This document shows, piece by piece, positions 11,662 to 26,082 of a stretch of DNA of 64,000 bases (positions are counted from its first letter, which is position 1; each line of letters starts with the position of its first letter). Both the position numbers and the translations under genes were made by a program. Origin of the DNA: Chrysomallon squamiferum. Lineage: Eukaryota > Animalia > Mollusca. Below the pieces are notes generated by a model. That model was not told the origin of the DNA. It saw only the letters and a program-made list of their open reading frames with translations, and did not search any database. Location of the stretch: the NCBI GenBank assembly GCA_012295275.1, contig CM022673.1:2852001-2916000 (forward strand), read 5' to 3'.

Positions 11662-14600
11662 AACTAAGACTTTTTCCCCTGGGGTTTGTAACATTAATAG
11701 AACTTGACACAGAGAAACTTTAACGATAAAATCTAAAAATAAACTGGTTACTGATAAACACACATGCTTGCTATATGTAGATTATACATTCAAATCTGAG
11801 TAATTCATTCTCAAAACTGAATAATTCAGACACCTTGTTTTTCACTTTTTGATTGTCATATATGACCCTGTCCAGAAGTCAGAATGAAACTGATATCTTC
11901 AAAACACCAAACAGCCAAAAAAACACCTGACAGGTACTTGAAACTTAAAATGATTCAAATACAAAATCAGTGTCTCTTTCACTTTTTGATTTCATCTGTG
12001 ATACTGGCAGAAAATCTTTCACTTAGCATAACTGTATTTCTTTCAGCTGTGAAAAATGTGACTTCTAATTCATAGTCAAAATGTAATTTTGATTCATCTT
12101 GAACATTTGATTATGATTCATACAGAATATAAAATCCAAATTTATGCAGAGTATTAATTCTTATTCAGATGCTAATGTTCATTTTCATTCATACTTTTAA
12201 AATATAATAACCAAAAATTTTAAATTTAAAAACAAAAATTAGTTTTTAAAAAAACAGGTGTAAGGAAATAAAAATAAAATATTTTAATTAAAAATTGCTA
12301 ATGTTAAATGATAGGCATAATGTTGTAAACATAATGCTATTTAATAAAATATTAATTTTAAAATAAATATGTCTAATTCTTTGCCAGACAGGTGCAGAGG
12401 TAAGTCATTTTTTAGTCATTTTTTAGTCATTTTTAAGTCATTTTTCCATTTTTTAAAATAACTAACTGTAGTTAATATATAATCAAGATAAAAAAATTGT
12501 TAATTATAATTACTATTTATTGTTAGAGAGAAATAGCAGCCATTTTTATATAATCAAAACATAAATACATCTATGTCTCTCTCTTTCCTACCCTTCCAAT
12601 CACCTTAATAAAATATTTAATAAAAAATTAATAATCCATTATAGAAAATTACACTGTTGCTTTTTAATAAATGAAAAAAACACAAATAAATAAATAAATA
12701 AAAAAATTCTGTTATCAAAAATTAATGAAATTATTCTGAAGTTTTAGTAAACAAAGTAATATGAATCTGTTTCAGATGTTTATGGTTTTACAAGCTAAGC
12801 AAAAATCCTGTAACATGCAAAGAAGAAAATTAAAACATTAACACGAATAAATTATGTTAACTTGCAAATGAGAAAGAAAATAATTACAAAATAAAGCTGA
12901 CATACAAAAAGAAAAAAAATCATGTAAGTATGCAAATAAGAAAATTAAGTTATCATGAAAATAATAAAAACATATTAATATGCTCTGCGAAAATTATTCT
13001 GTCATTCAAATCATAATTGGCTAGCAGTAAAATGTTTGCCTGTGACTCAGCAATCAGTCACCTGTAACAGGTAAAAGCCAGGTAATATATAAAAAGTGAT
13101 AAGAGCAGTACTTTGTGACACGAACTCTGACAATTACATTCCATAATGGAAGCAGTGACATGATTTTTCTAAGTGGCACATTCACAGTAAACAAACAAAT
13201 GTGTGATGTTGATTTAATCTTGGTTTTGTATGACACGATTTTAGTTTTAAAAATGTCTAATTAAGTATAAATGATGCTTCACAGTTATTACACAGTGGGG
13301 AAATAAAAACTGTGATTTATGAAAATGAATTAATAAAAGAAAACAAGTAAAAGAATAATAATGATAGTAATAAAAACAACAAAAAACAACAATAATAAAA
13401 GTACTGAAAACAATAACAAAAAACCCATCAAAACAACAACAATAATAACAAAATAATATGTACAAAAAAAAAAAAAAAAAGCATAAGAAAAATCTTCTCC
13501 TAATAAATGAATAAATAAGTATTTAAAAAAATAAATATATAAACAAAAAAAAAAAAAAAAAAAAACAAGTAAATAAATAAAATATAAATAAATAAATAAA
13601 ACACCAGAACAAGCAAATATAAAGAAAAAAGAAATAATTAATTTATTCTGGAAATGGCATAAAGTGTAAAATATAAAGAAAAAAATTCATCAATATTTAT
13701 AGTCAAAATGTAAAAAAAAAAAAAAAAAAAAAAAAGATTAAAAATAATATAAATGTGGTGTCAGTTCTTTAATAGCCAAATTGTAAATACATTTTTTTCT
13801 ATGTAATACTTTCCTAATGTTTACTGCATTTTATATCAGAGTGACCTTTAATTTTAAGCCATAGCAAAGTCTAGGTCACACATACAAGTATGTAGCAAAC
13901 CTGAATTAACGCAGAGATGATTATAATAATAATATTTTTATAAACATTAACCTGATGTAATAATATATAAAAAAAAATTAAAATTTGTTTTCAATAGCAG
14001 GCATGTATATTATTTATTAATTTAATTTAATTTAATTTGTGTGTTATTAAATATCTACTCTATTAGTGAAAAATAAAATTAATGCAGGATAATTTATTCT
14101 ACAACAGTCAAAACTAACATGCAGAAGAAACAAAATGATAAAAGTTTGTTTCAAAACTCACATGCTGTTTAAAGAATGTGATGAGTTCATTAGAAAGTAG
14201 TATGAGAGAGTAATAACCATTCTAATTCCCAACACATGATTTTATCTGCTGCACCCACAGGGAGAACATTTACTTCAGGGTTGTCCTAGACTGACTTCAA
14301 GTCCATCACAATTAAATAGTCTTTACAAGTTTTGTATACATAGAAAATTATTTAGTTGTATGGTATATAACAACAATAATATTAATAGTACTAGTAATAA
14401 AAATAATAAATAAATTAAACAAGCAAAAAAGTGGGTAAAGTAAAAAATTAAACAAATAAAAAAATATATAATAATGATGATGATGACAATGGTAACAAGA
14501 ACATTAATAATATTAATAAAAATAAGTTAAATAAAAAATAATATGAATAATACATAAAAAAAAATTAAAAAATAAAGAAATTAAATAATAAAACAAATAT

Positions 14601-15049
14601 TAAAATTAACAATAAATAAAATGCTATATTAGTTTTTCAAGTTTTGAAAACACTAACCAAGAAATAATTCTTAAAACCAGTGCTTCCCTCTAGCCACTGT
14701 TAATACTGTAACAGATACAGAAATTCTAGAAAATTAAAGTCTAGGTGAATGCTATGCAATATAATAACAATTATTATAAACCACACATACCTTTCATTTG
14801 TTTATATAAAATATTATGTTGGAATAAAATTTCAGATTGAAAATGGGTATCTGGTTTCATAACAAATATACCATATATATATATATATATAATTATGTCT
14901 TAGGTGGGTTTTTCTTATGTACACCCAACTAACTTTACCCAAATATATATTTGTGTTGCTTTAATAAAGGGAAAGTTGACTTTCAATCATTTGGTTTTTC
15001 CTAGGCATGAAAGATTACACAATTTACCCTTCTCAAATTATTAGTAATT

Positions 15050-15150
15050 GAAATATCTTATGTTCCAGCCATTGTCCAACAAATGATTTATACAGTCTAT
15101 GGGAAGGAGCATATAAAATATCACTTGCTGCTAATGGTTAAATATATTCC
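15050..15150 (+). mobile_element. SINE core fragment (same family as 46490-46560)
   Basis: ataaaatatcacttgctgctaat here versus gtaaaacatcccttgctgttagt at ~46527. It resembles a molluscan SINE core as I recall it; not verified. Confidence 0.4.
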
Positions 15151-16044
15151 ATTATGCAGTTATTAATATTATACCAAAACTATGTATCTGAAACCTTCCA
15201 ACTTTTAATAATAAACTGTTTTGTGGGGGATTTAAGAAAATATGAGTTCCTAATACAGAATGCACATGTATTTGTCTTTAGTCTTAAATAATCAGATATG
15301 TAATGTAAACATTTTTGTACCCATTGTTAAAAAGATCAGGCTCCCCTAGAATGATTTGGCTTTGTAATACTATTATCAGATTGATTGTCATGGTAACCCC
15401 TTTCATTGTCACTATTTATTAAACTATGCTAGACTGACTGGTTACCATTTAGCTACTGATGTTAATTACTGTCAGAGGTGTAATACCGGCAGATATTTAA
15501 TACTCTCATTGTCTGCAGTGTGGTGATTGAATTTTTATTTTTGATTTTTAAATGGAAATAAATACAGAATGTTTTCAAACTGAATTGACATATGTGTGTA
15601 TATGTATGCAACAGCATGTGTGTGTGTGTAAGTGTGTATGTATGTAAGTGTGTGTGTGTGTGTGAAATGATGAAATGATGCAAGCTGTTGTATGCAGAGA
15701 AGTAATTAACAAAAAAATCTGCATGATAAAATGAAAACTGATGTTCCACTGTTAGCATTAATCTATCTAAACATAACACACATAGGCCTGTGCAGAATAT
15801 ATGCAGAAAAAAAGAACAGATAACATACATACACACAGACACACATACATACAAGTTGATACAAATAACAGATACCAGACACTTACACAAAAGTAACCCA
15901 GGAACAACAAAAGAACTGTCAGTATCACTTGATCTGCACAGTTAATAATTAATGCATCTAAGAGGAAAACTGTGACACAGGACAGTCTCTCTCATGCAAG
16001 ACACAACTAACTCTACCAACACCAGTTTACCCAGATAACACTAT

Positions 16045-16575
16045 TACTGACAAAAACTAAATGAAATAACCAAAAAAAAAAAAAAAAAAGAAAAGAAACA
16101 TCAAAAGCCTACATGTACTTAAACCACTATTACTCCTACTACTGCCACAAAAATTACATTTTTCTAACAAATACACCAACAAATTTTTAACGATTAATCC
16201 ACAAAACTAACATCATCACTGACAAACTGAAGAATTGTAATAATTAAAAATACTGAACATGAGAAACTACAAACACTTAAATGACAACCATCACAATCTT
16301 GCTATGCCAGATTCATCTACTTTCACCTACACAGTTTTAACAATTAATCTACAAAAAACAACACTCTGAAGTAACATGATCACTGACACAAACTAAAGAA
16401 CTGTAATATCAATAAACAAAAACATCAAAAACCTACATCCACTTAAACACCAACCATCACAATTTTCTATCCAAAAAACACCCCAACCCCATCCACTTTC
16501 AACTACCACCGTTTAACAATTAATCCACCAAAAAAGTAGTATTATCTTTAACACAAACTTAAAGAATTGTAGTAA
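16045..16575. repeat. Degenerate ~165-170-bp tandem repeat, ~3 units
   Basis: actgaca..aact.aa and ttaacaattaatc.ac recur at ~16047, ~16218, ~16382 and ~16551. Confidence 0.7.
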
Positions 16576-16596
16576 GAAAAAAGTAAAACAACTCAC

Positions 16597-16720
16597 CAGC
16601 AGTGTGCAGACTCTTTACTACAGACAGGAGATGGTGACGTACAGGATAAAGCGAAGGATGTACACAGGAATATAGCATTTGAAATGTTTACTGCTCTGAG
16701 ATTGCCTGAAAAAGTGGCTG
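16597..16720 (-). other. Candidate alternative first exon within the 21.7-kb intron
   Basis: Strong donor CTG|gtgagt at 16597/16596 in a GC-richer island. ATG at 16678 opens 27 codons plus 1 nt (phase 1). Confidence 0.4.
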
Positions 16721-17586
16721 GCTGAATTTATCATTGGGAGGTTTGTTAACATTGTGTGTGACAAATGCTTTGCCAGTTAAAATCACTGACCCATGACTGT
16801 GACCATATATATATATATATAATATACATGTCAAGTGTTGTTGTTGTTGTTGTTGTTGTTACTTCACTTGTGGTTGGTTGGTTTTGTTAGAGATTTGTGT
16901 TAATAAGCAAGGTGAAGAAATGATCGATTTAAAATGGGATGTAAGCAATTTTATTAAAATAAAATATATAAAAATAAAATAAAAGATTATTTAATAAATA
17001 TATATTATTATAAATATTTTCAAGATTAATTTAAAATCACAGTAATAAAATGAAATTTATTAGAAAAATAGCAATAAATAAATTCATAAATATATAAATA
17101 AATAAAATAAAATAAAAAAGTGAAATAATATATGTAAGTGAATCGATAAGATAGTAAATAAGAACAATAAAGAAATAAAAATGTAAAATAAATACTGAAG
17201 TTGAATTAAATTTTTAAAAATGTTATATAATGTAAAAACATAAATACAAATAAAATTAAATTTAATAAAGTAAGAAATTATATTAAATTAGTAATAAATA
17301 AATGCCAAAAGCCAAACATATTTAGCTATTGACTTATGATCTTGTTGTTGTTGTTGTTTTTGTTTGTTTTTTAAACAAGAAAATAATCGAGACACATTCA
17401 TTCTCATGTTCTTCGTTGCAGTACATGGTTGCTTATAAAAATTTAAATAGTTTTGACAAAAAGCCAAGTTTGAATTTAGCCATAACAACAACAGTCTACA
17501 GACACAAAAATAAATAAATAAATAAATTAAAAAATGTAAATAACTGTTAACATGTACTTTATATATAGCATTAATGTAATGAATGT

Positions 17587-17625
<39 letters not shown>

Positions 17626-19514
17626 TATAGATTTTTTTTTCTAGCACTTTACTTTTAAAAATCATGTCAGTCTATCAAACGAATGCAAGCTAACTCGTTT
17701 GGTGCTGAAAACTATTTTCTTTTCTTTCTTTCCTAAAAGTTTAAAAGGTTATCCTTTAACTCTATGCTTTTAGTTTGGCCTTAATCTGTTTATGATTAAG
17801 ATTTATGGAGACATTTGAAGGTCTTTACTTAAATGCAGTTGCTTTCTACAGTGAAATATTTGGAAAAAAACGTTTTTTAAGATTCTGGAGTGTATCTGTA
17901 TCTGTTAACTTGTGAACTAGGACATACCAACTTCTATCTTTTACTTTTTTTTTTTTTTTTTTTTTATATAACAATACAATTTGGGCTGAGAGACTGTTGA
18001 TTAGCTTTCTCTATAAGCCTTAACATGTAGACTATTGACTGTGCTATGTATTGGTAATCTAGTGCAGGAATTTCATTGATATATAGATTATTAGAGTTCA
18101 GTATTCACATGCATGAAGGACTGGCACAGCTTGTGGTGGATCAAGGATACAAGGCACCTCAAGTAACAAGATGGATCTGTTACTTACAACTATTACTGGC
18201 ACAAAGGCACCCTAAAAAGATCCATCCTTGGCTGGAAGAAAGTCATGTAGCATCCTAGATAAAAAGTTGCTGGCACAACAGTCTTTGGCACCTTATAGAA
18301 AAATGTGTCCATGACTGACACCTTAAACATGCTTTAAACAAGTGCCCTTTGATAAATATTAATGAACTAATTTAGAAATTGTTTCGGTGTATTGTGTCAT
18401 TCGCTAGATAATGGCATTGCAAGGAAGAGTCAAGATGTTTCAAGTGCACAGAACCATCTCTGTGTGAATGTCTGGTGGGCAGCTCTGGCCTGGTGTGAAG
18501 CATGTGGAAGCATTCACGCACATGCAGCTGCAGGTGCAAAACAAGCACAGGTGTGATTTATTCTGAAGTGTGCAGTGTTTATTTGACATTTTCAAACAGA
18601 TTAGAAGAATCTGCTGTACCAGGCATTTCTCACATACTTCTCTCTCAGTTACTCTATCTTCACTTATCTCACGTTTTTAACAAACATTATTAAACTGCTG
18701 TTACTATTTTTTTAATTACCTTTTCTTTAGACAAACTGAATTAATGTCTTATTGGTAAATGCTTGGCCTGTTCCAAGTTCAAATGATAAATTAATGATGA
18801 ATTAACTGCTGAAGATGCATCATCTTTAAAATGTTAAACAGTGTAGTTATTTTCTGCCTGTGTGATAAAGAAATATATTTTACATATGTAATAAAGTCTG
18901 GTAATTAATATCTTGTTACAGTAACTCAGCTTATGCTAATTTATAAATATTTTTTTTTAATTTATTAACATTTTAAAAAAATGTTTTACATTTACTTTTA
19001 ATTGCTATATTATTAATATTTAATTTCCTTTATTAATATTTTTCTTTTATTTATTTGTTCCTTTTTTTTTTTCTGGCAAGAATTTTTAACGTGTCTTTAA
19101 AATTTAAACAGTTCAATCACAGATCTTTGATCTCCTGAAAACCTGTTTTACCCGGACTATTACGACATCCCAGTTTATGACATTTTACATGGTCTAGGCA
19201 GTCTGTTACCTAACACATTCCCATTGCAAAGATTGTTGATAAACTCTTTCAACCACACCTTTAACGAAGTCAGAACAAAGGTACAAAGAAAATACCTGAT
19301 CTCTGATTAAGGTACATGCACAGGTAAATGTATCACCTGAACTAAGACATGACTGACCCACTAGTCTCTTACAAATACTTCTTTAAAGAACTTCAAAGGC
19401 GTGAACAAAAGTCTGAAGTACATGAATTGCAAACTGGTGTAATATTTTATTTATGATCTGCATACACTCTACATACATCCAGTATCCACCTAGTTGAGAA
19501 AATAACTGTATGTG

Positions 19515-19557
<43 letters not shown>

Positions 19558-21974
19558 TGTATTTCATGAACATTATGAATAAAATTTTCAGTAATAATTA
19601 TTTTTTGGAATCAAAAATTATTTAACACTGAATTTTTCGTATACATATATAATTTTTAGTTTCTAAAATAAAATAATGAGATATAATAATGAATGAAAAT
19701 GTAAGTAAAGAAAAAAAAAGTAATTCTGAAAAAGGAAAAGACCTCAGTAAACTATCAATATCAATAAAAATAAATTTTTACAACATGTAGCACACAACCT
19801 CTCAAATCTTTTTTAAAAAACACAATCAATAAGCTGTTTGGTCAGTTTGAGGCAAAGAAATGCACAGACTTTCATTCAGTCTCTGTTAAGTTATATACTC
19901 CATCTAGTCTCTTTTCTGTAATATTATTATGTGTTACAACTGTCAGGAGAACATTTTTTTATTGTTATATTTTTCCAATAAACTGTCATAACAGGGAAAT
20001 ATTTATGTTCGTTATACAATCCCAATTTTCATTTTTATCACTGGTGATTTTTTTGGGGGGGCCTTTAAATTTGTCATAATATATGGAATATATTATTATT
20101 ATTAAATTATTACCACCTCTACTACCATTACTACTACAACTACTACTACTACTACTATTTATTTAATTAAAATCTAAACCTGATATGTTTTACTTTAATA
20201 TTCACCACTTCAAAGAAAACTAAATTTATATTTTTAAAAATCTTTCTTTGATATTTTTTTTTTCTCATCTTTCACTGGTGTCAAAGTGACAAAGGTTGCT
20301 TGCAAACTGTTTCTGTCTTGTTAATCTGTTCAGTTTTCACTAAGATCTCTGATCTAAGACAATAATTTCCCACAGTCTTCAGATGTCAACCAGCAAGATT
20401 AATAGAGCAGTCTATATATGTGTACATGGCTGCAAGCAATCATTGTAATTGTAATCCTGAGAAAATGAAGGTTACCACTGAAATTTATTTCATCCTTGTA
20501 AACAGGCAGACTTCAAACAAGTAAATTGTGATGTCTTTTTTATTTATTTTTTTTCCATGGTTTTTTAAAATGTTATTATTAACAATGTTACTTTTTAATT
20601 ATGTTATTTAATTCTATAATTTGTATATCAAAGTTTAAAACAAAGCCGATGTTTTTAAATACAGAAAAATATTTTTGTCTTCAAGTTTATGTACAAACAC
20701 AAGTTAAAACATGTATTTTTACCTTTAAAATTTTCTCTAACATACCAAATGGTCCACATCAAAACACTTACCTTAATTCTGGAGACATATATCACCCACA
20801 ATACACAGGTATGCAGAATAGCTACAGGTAACAATGTCAGACAGAAGTTTTCTACTTTAGGTAACAAAATACATTTGGGAAAAGATTAAAATAAGCAATC
20901 AAAGGTAATTTTGTAATTCCACATACCTGAAACGTTTTAACACCTGGGGATCAACTCATCTGTGATTTCTGCGTACCTGACCTCAAATTACCTACATCGT
21001 ACTACAGGTTTTGTATTCATTGATAAGAAAATATGCAGGTTAGACTTAAACACTGTCTGTCTACTTTAAATACTAGACACTTGGTGTGAATCAAAATTTG
21101 TTTTCAGTTCGGGTTTATTTGAATGAACGTAACATCTATATACCCATTGTCTTTTCTTACTGTTATCATTTTATGTCTGGATCAATAGTTACAAAATACT
21201 GACAAATGACTGCTGCAAATTATTTATACACATATAATAAAAAATATTTCAGGAATAAGAATTTTAAAACAAAACCCACCATTTATATCTGATGGGTGGT
21301 GGGTGTGAAATGATATACTTTAAAACAGACTGGTATATTACTGTACTGATTCTCAGTGTCTATTGTGTAAAAATATTTGTAAATGTTGTCTGATACAAGT
21401 TTTACAAGGTAGCAGTAGTAGTAGTAGTAGTAGTAATAGTAGTAATAGTAGTAGTAGTAGAAGTAGTAGTAATAATTACTGTAATAAAATTATAATAAAG
21501 TTAATAATACTAATAATAATAATAAAGATTCCTTTCAGTTTAACACTATTTCACAATTCATTATTATTATCACATATGTTTACTTTATTTACAGCATAAT
21601 TATATACCATGCTGTTGTTGAACAGGATCACTGAATATGCAGGTGAAACACTGTCAGGTCCTCTACAGAACGAGGTAAGTGAAACATACAAGTAAGTGTG
21701 TGTATGAAACAGACTGGTGGCAAGGCAGGAGCAGTGATTCTTTTAAAAAAAAAGCTTTCTGTGTTTTGTGTAGCGAAGCCCTAAGTCAGCCTGTTGCAAA
21801 GTTCACAGTTTGAACAGACTGAATAATAAAAAAAATAATACACAAGACAGAAATTGTTATCTCGCCATGTAACAATAGAGTATATATAGAACCTTATTTA
21901 GCGACTTGCTAAAATCGTGTGTGTATGTGTATTTATACTTTTTCTTCTGTTAGTGGGAGACATTTTAACACCAG

Positions 21975-22110
21975 TGCGAACAAGCATTGGACTATACAGT
22001 TCAGTGGTTAGAGTGCTCACACAAGAAGTGAATCAAATCACTTTTAGTAATCCCACAGGACCATTGCCCATTCCAAAAAGTGCTCCAAAACAAATGCACT
22101 GAAGGCCACA
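21975..22110 (+). mobile_element. tRNA-derived SINE remnant
   Basis: tRNA-like head cagttcagtggttagagtgctc; the remainder is degenerate. Confidence 0.45.
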
Positions 22111-22126
22111 GTAATATATATATATA

Positions 22127-22211
22127 TTGAGGGGTTAGAGCCAGAATGTTTTAAGTGCTTATATATAATATATACACATATACACAAGACCTTCTAGCTC
22201 TAATCCCTCAA
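22127..22211. mobile_element. 85-bp MITE-like element with ~20-bp imperfect terminal inverted repeats in a (TA)n site
   Basis: ttgaggggttagagccagaa versus the reverse complement of ttctagctctaatccctcaa (2 mismatches). Both sides are flanked by (TA)n. Confidence 0.6.
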
Positions 22212-23384
22212 TATATATATATATGTATACTGAACAGATTCGATGCAAGACGTTCAAGTTAAAATGAACATCTGTCAACAACCCTCTTCCCTCTGATCCA
22301 CCTAAAAACATTTAAGTATTTCCTTCTGCAGGGATATACTTGTAAACACAGACATTCATGTTACATGTATTTGTGGAAAGCAAATTCCTCTCTTCAGACT
22401 CTAAACTGGTCTTTCCAATTACCCTGGTACAAACAGCCCAATCAGCAGACATTGATTTCATGCTGTCAGGGTGTGTTAACATGTAGACCTATCACTGGTT
22501 GCACTATACTACTCAAACAAATTAGGGGACAAGTGCTAAATTCATTTGTACAATTTTAGTTTGATCAAATTGTACAGAAAAATGGTATCAGTATATATAT
22601 TTGTTTTGTTCTGTTGTATAATAAAAATAAGACAACGGCAAATACTGCTATTACTTTTACTACTAATACTACCACAGCAATAGTACTACAACTACTATTA
22701 CTAATACTAATAGTAATAACATATTTTAAAGATTCATCATCTTGCTGTGCAGAGCATTTGATTTACCATATTGTACAAAACATACACACATTATTATGAT
22801 TGTGATTAAGACTCTTATTATTTTGTTTGAATTTAGGTTTTTATATATCTCCCTTAATTTTTTCTGACCTCTATACTATAAGATTTAGTAAGATAATGAT
22901 TTCCTATAATCAGGTATGGACAACAGGTTTTCTGTAAGCTGCAAATAAACACCAAATGTCCATAATATTTTAGTGGTCACTTACTGGTCACTTACTGGGC
23001 AATCTATATTCCTAAAAAAATCACTGTTAAATTAACATGCACTGTCTGATACATATAACTGTCTGATACTCATGTGATATCGCTAATAATTAAACATTAG
23101 AAGTTTTTATCAGTTAACAATTTAAATATACAAAGAACACTAAACTATATATTTACTTTTACTATGTTGTACGTTATGGTTTTTATTATATATACTTTTT
23201 TCTTCATTTCTGTTGGTTTTAACATATCAATAATATGGAATCTTTGGAGACTGATCATAAACCATCTAAATGGTATCTTTGTAATGAAAATGTGAAACAA
23301 ATGATATGGACTAAATGTACTTGTCTATTGATGATGCATTAGGGAAAAGAAAAAAGAAAAAGAAAAAATATTAATCAATTAAAC

Positions 23385-23665
23385 ACTACTGCTACTGCTA
23401 CTACTATTACAACTACTACTACTGCTACTACTATTACAACTACTACTACTGCTACTACTATTACAACTACTGCTACTAATAATAATAATGTGGTAAAAGT
23501 TGTAGTAGCAGTAGTAATAGCAACAGAAGTAATAATAATAATAATAATAATAGCAATACTACTACTACTGTTACTGCTACTACTATTACTGTTACTGCTA
23601 CTACTACTACTACAACTACCACTACTACTACTACTACTATCACCACCAATTATTATTATTATCGT
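23385..23665. repeat. (CTA)n-based compound microsatellite with a 27-bp higher-order unit
   Basis: gctactactattacaactactactact x3, then (CTA)n/(TAA)n. Confidence 0.9.
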
Positions 23666-24072
23666 TAATATTATTAATACAGTTCATCATTTAATCTTTT
23701 TGATAATAGAGTAATGATCTTTATTTTCACACCAAATAGCTGATAAAAAAATATCTTTACAATATTTAATTATCAAAGATAACAAACTAGTGTCAGTTAA
23801 TTACAGCTGTTATCTTGACATTGTGACATATGAGTGATAATACACACAAGTAAATAAACTTCTAACAGTCCTGTATTTAAATTAATTTATCTCGGTCATA
23901 CACTTCTTGTTTACCTGAACTTTCCATGAAAAATAATTAAAACTATACAAATCACAAGTGAAGGCTTGAAACAGCAAACCGGCATTAGCCAAACCAATTT
24001 GACCATTTATTGGGGTTTTTTCTTTTCTCAGTGAAATTTTTTAAAGTTTGTTTTTGTTTAAAGTTTGTATAT

Positions 24073-24112
<40 letters not shown>

Positions 24113-26042
24113 CTGTTCCATAACCAATGCACATAATTTTAAACATTTTAAAAATTCAAAAACTTTCATACTGCCCTTGCCAAAACTTTCAGCACAATTT
24201 TCTTATTTTCTGTGACAAGATGAATTCTTCAAAGTGCTGTGATATAATATATATGTCTCAGGTGCTCCACACAAAAAAAGCCAAATCTACAAACACATCA
24301 ATTCCATTCCAAACCTACACTGACGTTGCCCAGCTCTGAAACATCTTTGTTTATCTGGTTAGATACAAGTGAGGTCTCTTGTTTGTTGACTTCTTTTCTG
24401 ATTTATATAACTGAGTTCACCAAAGGCAGAATATAATTCAAACCTGTCCAGAGATAATTATCCTTTTTTTTTAAAAAAATCAAAGAAAACAAGTACAAAA
24501 TCATCATAAATTGTTTAACTGTGACAATGAACCATGATTTAGAATCAGTCATTATTTACATTGCACTTTGTTTCATTATGATTATTATTACCAGTTCAGG
24601 TTACTATAACCTCTAATGTATATAAATACAAAAGTATTATATTTATACAAGGAACTTCAGTCCTCTCTACTATGGATATATCAGTGTGTTTAAAATAACT
24701 CAGGTTACTCAGAGGCAATCACTAGACAGATGTTTCACCTCCTTTTACATTTCCTAATCTGATTTTAATTCTTTCTGAAACTTTCCTTCCCTAATCTGAT
24801 TTTCAAACTTTCTAAAAAGAAAAATAAATATTCCCCCCCCCCCTTTTTTTGTGTTGGATATATTTAAGAGAACAGCACAAAAATGAAGAATTGTAAACCT
24901 ACGTGTTTGCTATCAGTCTTAACCACGAAAATAGTTTGTGGAAAGATGATGATGGTTTACAACAGTAAACATGGTTTGTGATACATACAGTTACCATAAA
25001 GATGATTTATCTAATTTACAACTGTAAGCATTCTGGTTTCAGCTGTTTACCATTTTGATGAAAATGGTTACAGTTTTCTGAATGCAGTTTTCAGGTTTCC
25101 CCATTTAAATGTTTAGTTAGTTAATAATTATAAACACAGGGTTTTTGAGAAAACCATTACAGTGGAAATAAGTTTACTAAGTTTCCAACAGTAAACTGAG
25201 ATTTCTGGAATGCACTGGATCAAGAACATTTACCTTGTTTACAGTAGTAAAATTTTTTTTTTTAAGTTTTCTCAATTACCATAGTAAATTTTTTAATAAG
25301 TTTACAATGGTAAACACATCAGTTTCAAGAAACCACCATTGTAATGGGAATTATTTGCCTTCTTTACAAACCTCTTGTAACCAATTCCAAACACCTGTGT
25401 GGATTTTTTTAAATACAGGAAACCGATTTTTTAAATGCTATCTTTTGGCTCTTTTCTGTGAAACAGTAAACTTGTTTAGACAGACACATTTTATTCTCTG
25501 CATCATCTTCCAACCACTGCTTTTTATCATCTTCTTATTTTTTATTTTTTTAAAGATAAGAAACTGTAATCAAAGTGGTGTATAATTTTTAACTTATCTA
25601 AAACCAATAAAATACTGTATATTTTATTATAATCACTATATTCATCAAATATTATTACATGTGTTATTATCATCACCACCACTGCTTTCTCATTTTTCTA
25701 AAATTTGAAATACTGGAATAAAGATATTCTTTCTTTCCAAATTTATCTCTTTTTATTCTCTTTTATTAACTTAAAATACCAGACACAAAACAGCATTTTA
25801 TTTATTTAATTTATTTATTTTTATTATTTAAGGTAAACATTTATAAGAATTTTTACTTTAAAAATTTCTGCTTAACACATTCTAGTCCAGTGAATCATGC
25901 AGACAAACATATATTTACATTTATATCCTATTTTGTATTAACTAGCAACTATACATATACGATATTTATTACACTGAGGAATTTGAGATATGCATTATAA
26001 ATGAATTATACAGTGTGTATTTATGTGTGTGTGTGTGTGTGA

Positions 26043-26082
<40 letters not shown>

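Noticed and set aside
20772-20867. Strong donor AAG|gtaagt with an open hydrophobic phase-0 frame upstream
   Set aside because: No in-frame ATG, no convincing acceptor and no promoter-like context; a chance match is plausible.
21975-22060. Possible tRNA genes here and at ~2230-2306 and ~10915-10990
   Set aside because: Only A/B-box remnants, and no cloverleaf can be folded; better explained as SINE heads.
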